This document shows positions 35,859-45,162 of a stretch of DNA of 64,000 nt, piece by piece (the stretch's first letter is position 1; every line of letters starts with the position of its first letter). The notes below the pieces were generated by a model. It was not told the origin of the DNA, did no database searches, and saw only the letters and a program-made list of their open reading frames with translations. Origin of the DNA: Candidatus Babeliales bacterium (lineage in GTDB: Bacteria > Babelota > Babeliae > Babelales > JABCYS01). Both the position numbers and the translations under genes were made by a program. The stretch spans positions 171,164 to 235,163 of the forward strand of contig JAFGJD010000004.1 in NCBI GenBank assembly GCA_016929235.1, read 5' to 3'.

Positions 35859-36398
35859 CTACTTTACGATTTCCATAGCAGGTGTGTCCCCAAAATATTT
35901 TGTTCCTATGATAGCAACCTGATTATTGTTGTTGTCTCTAACATGAAACTTGAAGACTTCTGATGTTTTATCTTCAAATTTGGTGGATGAGGCAGGAAGT
36001 GATGCGTGGTAGCTTAGTGTAGATAGGTTTAATTGTGTGTTGCCATCATGGTTTGAGAGCCAGTCTACGCGATAGGCGAGGTTAAAGAAGAGTGGGGATT
36101 TTTTATCTTCAACGTATATAAAGAAGGCAGCAGTATTAGGCAAGAGCTTCTGAGCCCCGGGTGCTATTCTAAAATCGCCACTGAGCTGTGTAAAGTCGGT
36201 TCCCATTTGTCTACGCTTGCTTCCTGGTTCTGGAACAAATATTTTGGTCCACTCTTTTCCGCTGTTTGGATTAACAAGGTTACTAGCTGGACCGGGGACA
36301 ACAATTACATTGTTTTGATCATTAACGAGGGTAAAATTTACTGCAGCAGATGCTCCTAGTATTTGCAGTGATAACACTATAAGCGTCGTTCTTTTCAT
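35859..36398 (-). CDS. hypothetical small secreted beta-rich protein
   Basis: Signal peptide MKRTTLIVLSLQILGASAA. Last gene of the minus-strand operon, 9 nt after the previous gene. Confidence 0.55.
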   Translation of the reverse strand: MKRTTLIVLSLQILGASAAVNFTLVNDQNNVIVVPGPASNLVNPNSGKEWTKIFVPEPGSKRRQMGTDFTQLSGDFRIAPGAQKLLPNTAAFFIYVEDKKSPLFFNLAYRVDWLSNHDGNTQLNLSTLSYHASLPASSTKFEDKTSEVFKFHVRDNNNNQVAIIGTKYFGDTPAMEIVK

Positions 36399-36407
36399 TC
36401 TTTCTCC

Positions 36408-36881
36408 TTACATAGTGAACAACATATCATACCGAGTTTTTTGTGACACTTGAGCTTCTTTAGACTCTTTTGGCACGGGAATATTTGCTATGGCAAATGT
36501 GAATGTGAAAGATGTGTCTTGTATGACGATCAATCCATCTGTATCTGCGGCGGTAACAATAGAGTTAACATTTAAAATAATCTGCGGTTTGTTTAGGGTG
36601 GATTCTTGTGGATTGGGTGACTCCACAGATGAGAGAGAAAGGAGATAAGCTTTTTTTACCGCTAAACCTTGATGAATGTATATAACTATGGTTTGGCTAG
36701 GTTGCATGTCCCCAACCTTGTGGGATGATTCGGCTTCCAGGGCTATGGTTGCATTGCTAGCATTTTTTCCGCCGAGAGTAGATATTAACACTTGTGCGCC
36801 AAAATCATTTACGATAGTAACATGCACACCTTCTGAAGAACAGCCTAATGCAATTAGGGCTAGTAGATATCTATATGTCAT
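36408..36881 (-). CDS. hypothetical small secreted protein (possible lipoprotein)
   Basis: N-terminus MTYRYLLALIALGCSS is lipobox-like but not canonical. The first strand VHVTIVND resembles VNFTLVND of the downstream neighbour. Confidence 0.55.
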   Translation of the reverse strand: MTYRYLLALIALGCSSEGVHVTIVNDFGAQVLISTLGGKNASNATIALEAESSHKVGDMQPSQTIVIYIHQGLAVKKAYLLSLSSVESPNPQESTLNKPQIILNVNSIVTAADTDGLIVIQDTSFTFTFAIANIPVPKESKEAQVSQKTRYDMLFTM

Positions 36882-36948
36882 TTATTTTCCTTAAAGTTGT
36901 TATACGGCAGCATAGAAAAATCGATTATTTTTTTACAAGAGTTGTGTA

Positions 36949-37884
36949 TTAAAGTATTACGTTCGATTGTATCGTGTGGTATCCATATCGCTGGTAATAT
37001 GCAATAGAAGAACGGATGATAAATGGTATATCTGAGTAGCGTGGTTTCCATGCGAGAATGTCATATGTCCGTGATGCATCAATTGGTCTGCCAGGCATGC
37101 ATTGTTGTGCTGTGGTTATATAGGAAACTGGTCTTTTCGTAATTTGTTCTATACAGGCAACAATATCTTGTAATGAAGTATTTTTCCCAATACCCACATT
37201 AAATATGTCTGAATAGTTGGTTTGTTCTAAGTGAAAGAGTGCCTTTACATATGCGTCAGCAAGATCTTGTATATGAATATAGTCGTGAAATACATGAGTA
37301 TTGTTTAGGGATATCAGCTGTTGTGTGTGTGCTGCATGGATGAGCTCTGGAATGGGGTTGCCGATAGAGGACGATTGTGGTGCTAATGTAGCCTCAGGTA
37401 ATGCACCAGATGCAATATCATGTCGTAAAATAATGGTTGAAATGTTATGTGAAGAAGTTAGTTCTAAGAGCATTTGTTCTACAACGTCTTTGCTAATGCG
37501 GTATGCGTTGCTAGGGTAATGATGTTGTGTACATAGTGAAAAAGGCTGTTCTTCAAGGACAGAACTATGTGATTTGAAGAGGAGCTGTGTCACGTTATGT
37601 TCAATCATGGATTCGATGAGTCGTAGTGTTGAGGCGACGTTGGTGGTGTAGGGAAAGGCTGTATGTGTTTCTGCACAGTGTATAACTGCGGTGATACGAT
37701 AATGAGTAAAAAGATCATGGAGTACTTGCTTATCACAGAAGTCATCTTGCACTATGGTCGCCCATGGGTAAGCGAGAGTCTCTTTTGTATCTAGAAGCAC
37801 TACTTGGTAGCCATGTCTAGCTACGGCGTAAGCAATATGAGAACCACAGTATCCCAATCCTCCAGTGATCAGGATAGAGTTCAT
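36949..37884 (-). CDS. NAD-dependent epimerase/dehydratase (divergent GalE-like)
   Basis: Rossmann motif ILITGGLGYCGSH and catalytic YxxxK (NAYRISK). 311 aa. Confidence 0.8.
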   Translation of the reverse strand: MNSILITGGLGYCGSHIAYAVARHGYQVVLLDTKETLAYPWATIVQDDFCDKQVLHDLFTHYRITAVIHCAETHTAFPYTTNVASTLRLIESMIEHNVTQLLFKSHSSVLEEQPFSLCTQHHYPSNAYRISKDVVEQMLLELTSSHNISTIILRHDIASGALPEATLAPQSSSIGNPIPELIHAAHTQQLISLNNTHVFHDYIHIQDLADAYVKALFHLEQTNYSDIFNVGIGKNTSLQDIVACIEQITKRPVSYITTAQQCMPGRPIDASRTYDILAWKPRYSDIPFIIRSSIAYYQRYGYHTIQSNVIL

Positions 37885-37887
37885 AGG

Positions 37888-38400
37888 TTATTGTCCCTGT
37901 TGATTTGTGCAGTCTTCTAGAAGTTTGATGCCTTGTTCATCATACAGGCGCGCTTGTACGAGCTGTTGTGTTTGTTGATTAAGTTGATCTATTTGGAGTT
38001 TTTTTGTTTCTAGTTCGAGTATAAGTGCGTTGCGCTCTTCTGCGATTGGCCCTTGAATTCCTTCGATAACTTCAATAGTTAATTGGCGTTGTGTCTCCGA
38101 TTGTCCTATAACCATTGTATCTTGGACTTTATTTTTGATTTGTGCTTTTTCATTTTTATTTAAAGAACTTTGTTGTGCTGCGGCATCGAGAGCAAGGAGA
38201 GTTAAGTTTCTATTGCCAACAGAGTTGCCGAGTTCATATTCAATGGTATCTATTGCAGAAAAAAATGCGCTCAATGTCCCAGAACTTTTTGCAGAGTTTA
38301 ATGCCGCATATGCACGATCCATGGGTGTTGGTACAACGATGGGGCATAGCGCTACATTGGTATAAAAAATCATAATCACAATGATACTGTAGTGTTTCAT
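37888..38400 (-). CDS. hypothetical secreted coiled-coil protein
   Basis: Hydrophobic N-terminus and a Gln-rich heptad C-terminus (..LELETKKLQIDQLNQQTQQLVQARL..). The N-terminal module resembles that of the 39630-40535 product. Confidence 0.55.
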   Translation of the reverse strand: MKHYSIIVIMIFYTNVALCPIVVPTPMDRAYAALNSAKSSGTLSAFFSAIDTIEYELGNSVGNRNLTLLALDAAAQQSSLNKNEKAQIKNKVQDTMVIGQSETQRQLTIEVIEGIQGPIAEERNALILELETKKLQIDQLNQQTQQLVQARLYDEQGIKLLEDCTNQQGQ

Positions 38401-39377
38401 TCGGAATCCTTTTCGGATTGATTTCTTTCCGTTCGTTTGTTCATGAATGGACGAATTTCTATGAATGAAGGAATATCACGATTAAACAAGTTAGCTTTTA
38501 ATTGTTCGCAGCTATTTTCTTTTAAGAAGGAAAAGGCTTGACTTTTATATGCGCTATAAAGAGCGCCGAATTTTCCAGTAAATCCAATCGGTGTTTTCGT
38601 TACATCTAATACAAATGTTTCAATATCCGGGGATCCAAGCCCTCCCATAAAAGAGGTGCAATACTCTATGTAATCGCTAGAAGAAGTTGGCTGGATAGGA
38701 GTATCCGGGGTATTGCTATACAATACATTTATTGTCAGTACAAAGGCATCGAGTTGTGAAAAACAGGGATAATTTTGGGGCAAATCAGATGGCGTGATAT
38801 TGGATGTATCAAAGAACTGTCTGGTGAGACTGTTGGCAATTTCATGCTTCGTTATTTTTCCTTTTATTCCTTTGAGCGGAATGCCATCAATGATATTCTG
38901 CAATTCTTGTTTGCTGATATCGAAGTTGGCATGTTCCATGAACAGTGCTTTCTGATTTTTTATTTTTTCGTTGAACGGTTGAGCTTTTGATTCCTCTTCA
39001 AGAAGGAGTTCTTTGAGATCAGGTTCATTGTTTGGTGTTGATGTGGTGATGAGATGCCAATAAAGATCTTCTGCAGTACTAACTGCTGTTGGGTGGGGAC
39101 GTACAATTGGAAGAGGTATATATGTACCATTGTCATCATAAAATGGTGTGAAGAGACCATCATATTGACCATTTAAGAACCATGGATAACCATGATCTAG
39201 GTCTATCTGTGGTAATGCACGAGTTACTTTATCTTCGTCATATACTAGTGATTCTGGGAGGGGAAATGCCTGGAGATATATTTCTGGAACAAAATATGGT
39301 TCTCCATGAGGCATAATGGGTTCTTGGGCATTGAGCCCCCATATCGATACCAAAAGAATTAGCAATCTGTTGGTCAT
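38397..39377 (-). CDS. hypothetical secreted protein
   Basis: Signal peptide MTNRLLILLVSIWGLNA. 4-nt overlaps with both neighbours. No motif recognised. Confidence 0.55.
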   Translation of the reverse strand: MTNRLLILLVSIWGLNAQEPIMPHGEPYFVPEIYLQAFPLPESLVYDEDKVTRALPQIDLDHGYPWFLNGQYDGLFTPFYDDNGTYIPLPIVRPHPTAVSTAEDLYWHLITTSTPNNEPDLKELLLEEESKAQPFNEKIKNQKALFMEHANFDISKQELQNIIDGIPLKGIKGKITKHEIANSLTRQFFDTSNITPSDLPQNYPCFSQLDAFVLTINVLYSNTPDTPIQPTSSSDYIEYCTSFMGGLGSPDIETFVLDVTKTPIGFTGKFGALYSAYKSQAFSFLKENSCEQLKANLFNRDIPSFIEIRPFMNKRTERNQSEKDSE

Positions 39378-39610
39378 CCGTTTCCCCTTCCTTCTTGTTC
39401 ATGTCGGAGGCCTACAAGAACAAGATTAAAAAGAACTTCTTTTTGGATGATGGTATCGATATCTTCTTGGTTTTGTTTGAGTGTCGATCCAATGGTATCT
39501 CTAGTACAGTTATTTGCTGTTGTTTCTGTTATTGTTTTCCTATAGATGAAAAAAGGTGTCAGCGAAATGAGGCTAATAATCAGTGCCAGGCCGAAACGTT
39601 TATAATTCAC
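39374..39610 (-). CDS. hypothetical small membrane-anchored protein
   Basis: 78 aa with a single N-terminal TM (FGLALIISLISLTPFFIY). Overlaps the downstream gene by 4 nt. Confidence 0.45.
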   Translation of the reverse strand: MNYKRFGLALIISLISLTPFFIYRKTITETTANNCTRDTIGSTLKQNQEDIDTIIQKEVLFNLVLVGLRHEQEGRGNG

Positions 39611-39629
39611 GCAATTATTCCTTTTTTGA

Positions 39630-40535
39630 TTAACATGGAGGAAGTGTTCCTTGTACTATTTCCTTCAGTTGATTCAAATTAATTACGCACGATTTTTTCT
39701 CTGGAGAGAAACGGAGCCCATCTTGAAGATTGCTAAAAAGGTGGCTGTTCTCGTCTTTTAAAATAGTCAAATCAGTTAGGTATGTTTTTTGTTCCAATTG
39801 TGTAAGTAGTTGCGATGCATCACGCAGCGGCTTTCTTACTTTTTCTATAACATCAGAACATTCTGTATATGTTGAGTCAGTAATACTTGGAGTTGTTTCA
39901 TCTATATTGGATAGTGTAGTACAGATACTATTACGCAAGATGGTATTTTTACGTGATTCTTTAATGAGGGTCTGAAGGTCTGGGCAGGTTGTTGTTTTCC
40001 CCGCAATTTGTTGTTGCAGGCTATCGATAATACCTTCTTGTGTTTGAATAGTAGATTCAAGTTGTCTCATGGTTGCTTGGTCGGCTATGAGACTTGCACT
40101 ACAGGTTTCGAGATCTTGTTGTAAGTGAGAAGCATCGACATCTGTAGTTGGTACAGATCGCGGGACAGTCGCCATGAGCCGGTCGAGTGTGGTGTCAATG
40201 AATGCCTTTTGTTCAGTTGTTCCACCCGTATCGCGGGATTGTTCAATCTTAGCTTGAATTGTTTGATATTCAGTATCAGAAATTTGGCTAGCATTTTTTG
40301 TATTAGCAGCATCAAGGGAGACGGCCAATAGGTAGATTTGTTTCATAAAGAATCTACTACCTAAAAGACTGTTAAAATTGTTGCAGCCATTAGTATATGC
40401 CTGAACAATCTCCTGTGATGTTTGCGCATTTTGCACTGCAGCTCTAATCTCTTGCAATTTTATATCGGCCTGCTGGCTTAATGATGCATGTAGAAGTAAT
40501 GGCATGCATAAGAGAAGTGGGAGATATTTCTTCAT
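39630..40535 (-). CDS. hypothetical secreted coiled-coil protein
   Basis: ATG 40535 gives signal peptide MKKYLPLLLCMPLLLHA. The listed ORF to 40688 would overlap the OMP gene. The product is Gln/Thr-rich and helical. Confidence 0.55.
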   Translation of the reverse strand: MKKYLPLLLCMPLLLHASLSQQADIKLQEIRAAVQNAQTSQEIVQAYTNGCNNFNSLLGSRFFMKQIYLLAVSLDAANTKNASQISDTEYQTIQAKIEQSRDTGGTTEQKAFIDTTLDRLMATVPRSVPTTDVDASHLQQDLETCSASLIADQATMRQLESTIQTQEGIIDSLQQQIAGKTTTCPDLQTLIKESRKNTILRNSICTTLSNIDETTPSITDSTYTECSDVIEKVRKPLRDASQLLTQLEQKTYLTDLTILKDENSHLFSNLQDGLRFSPEKKSCVINLNQLKEIVQGTLPPC

Positions 40536-40551
40536 GACTGTTTTCCTTTTT

Positions 40552-42108
40552 TTAAATTGAGAATCCAGCTTTGAACCAAACTTCCCATCTGTCTGCGATT
40601 GGATTTGAGGAGCCAAATTCGTATAATCCACCAAACCCAAGGAATGGCGGAACTGCTTGATCATCCCAGTGGATTCCAATAGAACCATATAGCATGAAAC
40701 TAATCGAAGAAGGATGTAGTGCAGAGCTTAGGTCGAGATCGGATTCCTTTATTGGTTTATAGCGATCGGTATTGTTAGCTGTATCAACGGCTAGGACATT
40801 GAGATCTACATCGTTGAATATCAATCCGTAATTCCACATATGCATGTCAGCGTAACTCATGCTTTCTGCGGCGGTTCCTCCAGCTGCAGCATTGACGCCT
40901 GCAATAGCAGGGCCTTCCTCCCATTTGCATGCAAGCTCACCATCTTCTGTTTGGCTGTAGTATGAGTTGAATCCAACTTCTGCACGAAGTCGTCGATGGT
41001 TAACGACAAAGGCGGTATTGGTTTGGAAAAATCCGCCAGGTCTGATCTTCATTTTCTTGGTAAGATAGTTAATACCCGGTGATGTTGTGGTTGCTGCAGA
41101 ATCAGTAAAGACGTTGATATAGCGGCTCCATGATTTATCTTTGAGGTCAAAGGAGCGCATTTCGTCGCTTTCGAATAAATAATGACTGCGTTGATCGGTG
41201 CACCACCAGATAGATGTAGTATCATTGTTCCATATTTTGAATCCTACAGCACCGCCCCAGAGTACACCCCAGTGTTTGTTGTTTCCTATCATTGGCTCAA
41301 AAACATAGGTTGCTTGTGGTCTGTTTCCTGTTGGGAAAATAATACCAGCAAATGTAGTGCGGTAGCATTTTTGATCGCGTACAGAATCTTGTCCAACTCT
41401 AATTTCAAAATCAGAAATTCCTGTTTTATCAAGAGATCCAGGATAGATCTTGCCGTAGTTCCAGGAAGATTGATTCATGGCTGCGGCTACACTTGCAGGA
41501 TATCCTGAACGAATCGTGACATTGACTGTATTGGTTAACATTGTTTCTTGAAGGTTCATGGCATTAGAAACATGAATTATTGGAGCTGTTGTATCAATCC
41601 ACCAGCCTTTATCTTCATCATCCGAGAGCGACTGTTTGTAGTTGAGCGCCGTTCCAATAAAACTTTGTTTTGGGCTAAACGTAATGCGACTGGCAAAGTT
41701 ATAGTCTTCGGAGATGATATTAAAATTGTGTGCAAGGATATCGTAGTTATCATCTTTAAAATTTTGTGAGCCTCCTGCGTAATATGCTCCAACAGCCGCT
41801 GCAGTATCGGGATTTGGTCCTTCTGCAATAATAATTGAATTTTTATGCCATGGTAAAAAAAAGCGCGCTAAACGATCAGAGGCTGTTGTTTGTCCACCAA
41901 AAACGGTTGTCTGGAAGCATCCCCAGATCCCATTCTTTTTCCCCAACATGCGGTCGCGATATTGATTAAGATGTTCTGGGCTTCCTGTTGTATATTGCGG
42001 ACGTATAGAAAAGAAAGTATGGCTTGTTGCTTCATCAGCATGTGAATCTATGGATAATATGATTGAGGGACCTATGAGAGCAAGTGCCAAAAGTAATAAC
42101 TTCTTCAT
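40552..42108 (-). CDS. predicted major outer-membrane beta-barrel protein
   Basis: Signal peptide MKKLLLLALALIGPSIILS. 518 aa, rich in aromatic/Gly strand ends, with C-terminus ..WEVWFKAGFSI. N-terminal motif TFFSIRPQY resembles that of the 1606-2913 OMP. Confidence 0.65.
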   Translation of the reverse strand: MKKLLLLALALIGPSIILSIDSHADEATSHTFFSIRPQYTTGSPEHLNQYRDRMLGKKNGIWGCFQTTVFGGQTTASDRLARFFLPWHKNSIIIAEGPNPDTAAAVGAYYAGGSQNFKDDNYDILAHNFNIISEDYNFASRITFSPKQSFIGTALNYKQSLSDDEDKGWWIDTTAPIIHVSNAMNLQETMLTNTVNVTIRSGYPASVAAAMNQSSWNYGKIYPGSLDKTGISDFEIRVGQDSVRDQKCYRTTFAGIIFPTGNRPQATYVFEPMIGNNKHWGVLWGGAVGFKIWNNDTTSIWWCTDQRSHYLFESDEMRSFDLKDKSWSRYINVFTDSAATTTSPGINYLTKKMKIRPGGFFQTNTAFVVNHRRLRAEVGFNSYYSQTEDGELACKWEEGPAIAGVNAAAGGTAAESMSYADMHMWNYGLIFNDVDLNVLAVDTANNTDRYKPIKESDLDLSSALHPSSISFMLYGSIGIHWDDQAVPPFLGFGGLYEFGSSNPIADRWEVWFKAGFSI

Positions 42109-42272
42109 ATAAAACTCTCCTTATGAGTAGTCAATGCCCTTTTTTTCGGGAATCGATATGAGAGACATACCACGCGGTTATTATAGCTGTCAATCTATGT
42201 ACAAGCGGGTATTGTTTTCCTAGACTACTTTAAGAGAGTGATACAATTGTTCTTTAATCAGTGAGTGGATGT

Positions 42273-43517
42273 ATGATACGGCGTGTTAAAGGGACTCAGG
42301 ATTTTCTTGACCTAACTTTATTTAATTTTTTTATAGCACAATCAAAAGAACATCTCGCCCAATATCACTTTAATGAAATTGCGACTCCGATCATAGAACC
42401 CACTGAGCTTTTTAAACGGTCTCTCGGTTTGGAAACAGATATTGTTACCAAGGAGATGTATACTCTCAATACGGAGTCTGAATCAATCTGCTTGCGTCCA
42501 GAGGGCACCGCATCAACAGTTCGCGCATTTATTGAAAATGGTATTCAGACGGTGCCATGGAAGGTGTTTCTATGGGGGCCAATGTTTCGTCATGAGCGAC
42601 CACAAAAAGGTCGCTACCGACAATTTCATCAATTAAGCTTAGAAGTAATTGGTTCCGATTCTATAGCACAAGATGCGCATATGATCGCTATGCTTGACCG
42701 GCTCTTTTCAGATCGGTTTAAGCTTGATTCTTATGCTCTCCATATTAATTTTCTAGGGACCATGGAGGATCGTGCGGCGTTTAGAAAAATTCTTGAGAAA
42801 TTTCTTAATGAGCATGTTGATCAGATTTGTGCGACATGTAAGGTGCGTAAAGATAAGAACATCATGCGCGTGTATGACTGTAAAGAAGTGTCATGCCAGA
42901 CCCTATATAGAAAAGCGCCGGTGTTAACTGAATACCTCTCTAAAGCGTCTGCCGATGAATGGCAGCAGCTTCAGGAGTATCTTGATAGTACGAATGTAGC
43001 TTATACAGTTATGCCAACACTTGTCCGTGGCTTGGATTATTATAATAAAACAGTCTTTGAGTTTGTAAGTCCGCATCTTGGTGCACAAAGTGCGTTCTGC
43101 GGTGGTGGTCGTTATGATCATCTTGTATCTGCATTGGGAGGTAAAAAAGATCAACCTTCAGTTGGCGCAGCTATTGGCATCGAGCGCATGTTATTGTTAT
43201 TAGATCCTATCAAGGACGCATTGCCGATTTACAAAGAACCACGTCTCCATGTGATTATGCCACTTTCCACAGACCAACATACTCTTGCGTTGTTGATTGC
43301 ATATCAAACACTCCAACATGGACTATATACGGAAGTACTTCTCGAGGGTGATTCAGTTAAGAGTATGATGCGTAAAGCTAATAAGCTTGGCGCAACGTAC
43401 TGTCTATTGATTGGGTCTGAAGAGCAAGATAATAAGACTGTCAAAGTCAAACATATGACCACAGGGGAAGAAGCAACTGTTGCTCATGCAGATTTAATTG
43501 CCTATCTACAGCAATAA
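42273..43517 (+). CDS. hisS: histidine--tRNA ligase
   Basis: MIRRVKGTQDFL.., class II motifs ..LRPEGTASTVRAF.., ..FRHERPQKGRYRQFHQ.., ..GGGRYD.., and a C-terminal anticodon-binding domain. Confidence 0.95.
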   Translation: MIRRVKGTQDFLDLTLFNFFIAQSKEHLAQYHFNEIATPIIEPTELFKRSLGLETDIVTKEMYTLNTESESICLRPEGTASTVRAFIENGIQTVPWKVFLWGPMFRHERPQKGRYRQFHQLSLEVIGSDSIAQDAHMIAMLDRLFSDRFKLDSYALHINFLGTMEDRAAFRKILEKFLNEHVDQICATCKVRKDKNIMRVYDCKEVSCQTLYRKAPVLTEYLSKASADEWQQLQEYLDSTNVAYTVMPTLVRGLDYYNKTVFEFVSPHLGAQSAFCGGGRYDHLVSALGGKKDQPSVGAAIGIERMLLLLDPIKDALPIYKEPRLHVIMPLSTDQHTLALLIAYQTLQHGLYTEVLLEGDSVKSMMRKANKLGATYCLLIGSEEQDNKTVKVKHMTTGEEATVAHADLIAYLQQ

Positions 43518-44129
43518 ACGAGCCAGTTCGTTTCGTAAGACATAAAAAGTAAATGCGGTAAGTAGCACACTGTCAAAGCGGTCCAGGAGCCCGCCGTGTC
43601 CGGGAAGCAGTGATCCTGTATCTTTGATATTATTTTTTCGTTTAAGCCAGGAGACAAAAAGATCGCCAAGAAAAGCGGTGGCACAAAGCATAAGCCCATA
43701 TCCAATTCGTATAAACAAAGCTTCATGATGTGTGAGCAGTACAAACAGTGTCGTGGTAATAATTATTGCTCCTATAAGGCCTTCCCACGTTTTTTTTGGA
43801 CTAAGTCGTGGGACGAGTTTGTAGTGTCCGATTAATGTTCCAGTGATGTATGCACTTACATCAAAGGTAAAGACAAGAAGAAACAAGTATACAATTAGTG
43901 GACGATAATCAGTCCGATTGAGCGCAATGATTGTTATAAAGCCTAGTGTAGTATAGATGGTTGCGAGATTCTGGTAGCGTTTCAAGTATGGAAGCTCCCA
44001 GCCAACAATTACAATAAAGAGAGTAAATAGGAGTAGTGAAAAGATAAGTGGGCGTGGAAATATAAAAAATAGTAACAGGGCTACACCGAATGCGATTCCA
44101 GTGAGGCTGCGTTGTACGAAAGATTTCAC
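43506..44129 (-). CDS. cdsA: phosphatidate cytidylyltransferase
   Basis: CDS signature ..SWLKRKNNIKDTGSLLPGHGGLLDRFDS.. and a multi-pass membrane topology. Short at 207 aa. Confidence 0.85.
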   Translation of the reverse strand: MKSFVQRSLTGIAFGVALLLFFIFPRPLIFSLLLFTLFIVIVGWELPYLKRYQNLATIYTTLGFITIIALNRTDYRPLIVYLFLLVFTFDVSAYITGTLIGHYKLVPRLSPKKTWEGLIGAIIITTTLFVLLTHHEALFIRIGYGLMLCATAFLGDLFVSWLKRKNNIKDTGSLLPGHGGLLDRFDSVLLTAFTFYVLRNELARLLL

Positions 44130-44140
44130 GGTTTTCTTTC

Positions 44141-44983
44141 TTAGAACATGGCTGAGTAACGACGCTTATGACCAATGGCAAGCTGCTGATCCTTGTTGAT
44201 CAAGGGGAGAGCATGTGTAGCAATTTGCTCCTGAAGTTTTTGCGCTTTCTCGATGTCATTTTGCTTTTCAGCAAGCGCGCATTCAAGGCGTAAGGTTTTC
44301 ACCTCAATATTAGAGATGCTTGTTTTAAATTCATCCTTGATATGAGCAAGCCGTTGTTCGGCGGCTGTGAATTTGTTGTTGTTGAGATAGTATTCAAACA
44401 CATTAACCTCGCTCTCAAATAGCTTATTGTAGCATTGACGTCGAATTGATTTTACCTCTTTTAGATACTGAGTATTGGTTGGTTGTTCTAAGTAGGTTTG
44501 AGCAGTTTGAAGGGCTTCACGAGTCTTGGTTTGGTCTCGGTCTGGTTCTAATGTTTCGTAAAAACAGCATAGCAGCGTTTTATAGTTGACGTACTCAGTT
44601 TTATCGCTTCCTGGGTATAATGTAAGATATTCTCGATAGAATTCTTCTGCTTTGGCAAGATGTCCCAAGTCAAAACAAAGATCGGCACGTTCAAGCCGTA
44701 GTTGTTTCAGGAGATCAAGATCATCGCTATGCCCGAGCATGTACTCGATGTGTTCGAATGCCATGATCTTGTTGGTTGCTAATAACTTATTTTTTCGTTG
44801 TTCCAACTCTTCAATAGACAACTCTGTCATGAGCTTGCGTTTATGTGACGTCCGTTCCTTTTGTTGCGCACGTCGGGCGTAGTATTCTTCCTTGAGGGGA
44901 TTTGCTATTTGTGGTGGCGTGCTCTTCTTGCCATAGCATATGGCAAAAGTCAGGAGGAGTGGCACTAATAATCGTATGGACAT
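44141..44983 (-). CDS. bamD: BamD-like TPR outer-membrane lipoprotein
   Basis: ATG 44983 follows GGAGG. N-terminus ..LLLTFAICYGK is lipobox-like. ..EFYREYLTLYPGS.., ..PDRDQTKTREALQ.. and ..SEVNVFEYYLNNNKFTAAEQR.. parallel the BamD pattern (YP.S, DRD...T..A, E..VA.YY....Y.AA..R). Confidence 0.6.
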   Translation of the reverse strand: MSIRLLVPLLLTFAICYGKKSTPPQIANPLKEEYYARRAQQKERTSHKRKLMTELSIEELEQRKNKLLATNKIMAFEHIEYMLGHSDDLDLLKQLRLERADLCFDLGHLAKAEEFYREYLTLYPGSDKTEYVNYKTLLCCFYETLEPDRDQTKTREALQTAQTYLEQPTNTQYLKEVKSIRRQCYNKLFESEVNVFEYYLNNNKFTAAEQRLAHIKDEFKTSISNIEVKTLRLECALAEKQNDIEKAQKLQEQIATHALPLINKDQQLAIGHKRRYSAMF

Positions 44984-45162
44984 GGATAGCCTCCGCACAG
45001 GGGTTCATAATCATATGATCGAGAGTATAGAAAAGTTGCCGTAGTCGGTAAAGCTCGAGGCTTTTCTTGAGAAGCGTCTGCGAGTCATAGTAGGATCATT
45101 CTCGTGTGTATGGTATTCTGTGAAAAACAAAGAATCTGCCGCATGATTTGAGGTTGTGCTGA

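Noticed and set aside
39630-40688. N-terminal extensions of several listed ORFs: 39630-40688, 11613-12380, 12800-13420, 25566-26054, 51128-52294, 16390-18747 and 32440-33216
   Set aside because: In each case an internal ATG preceded by an SD-like sequence gives a proper signal peptide or family-typical N-terminus and removes a long overlap with the neighbouring gene. The features are therefore reported with the shorter coordinates.
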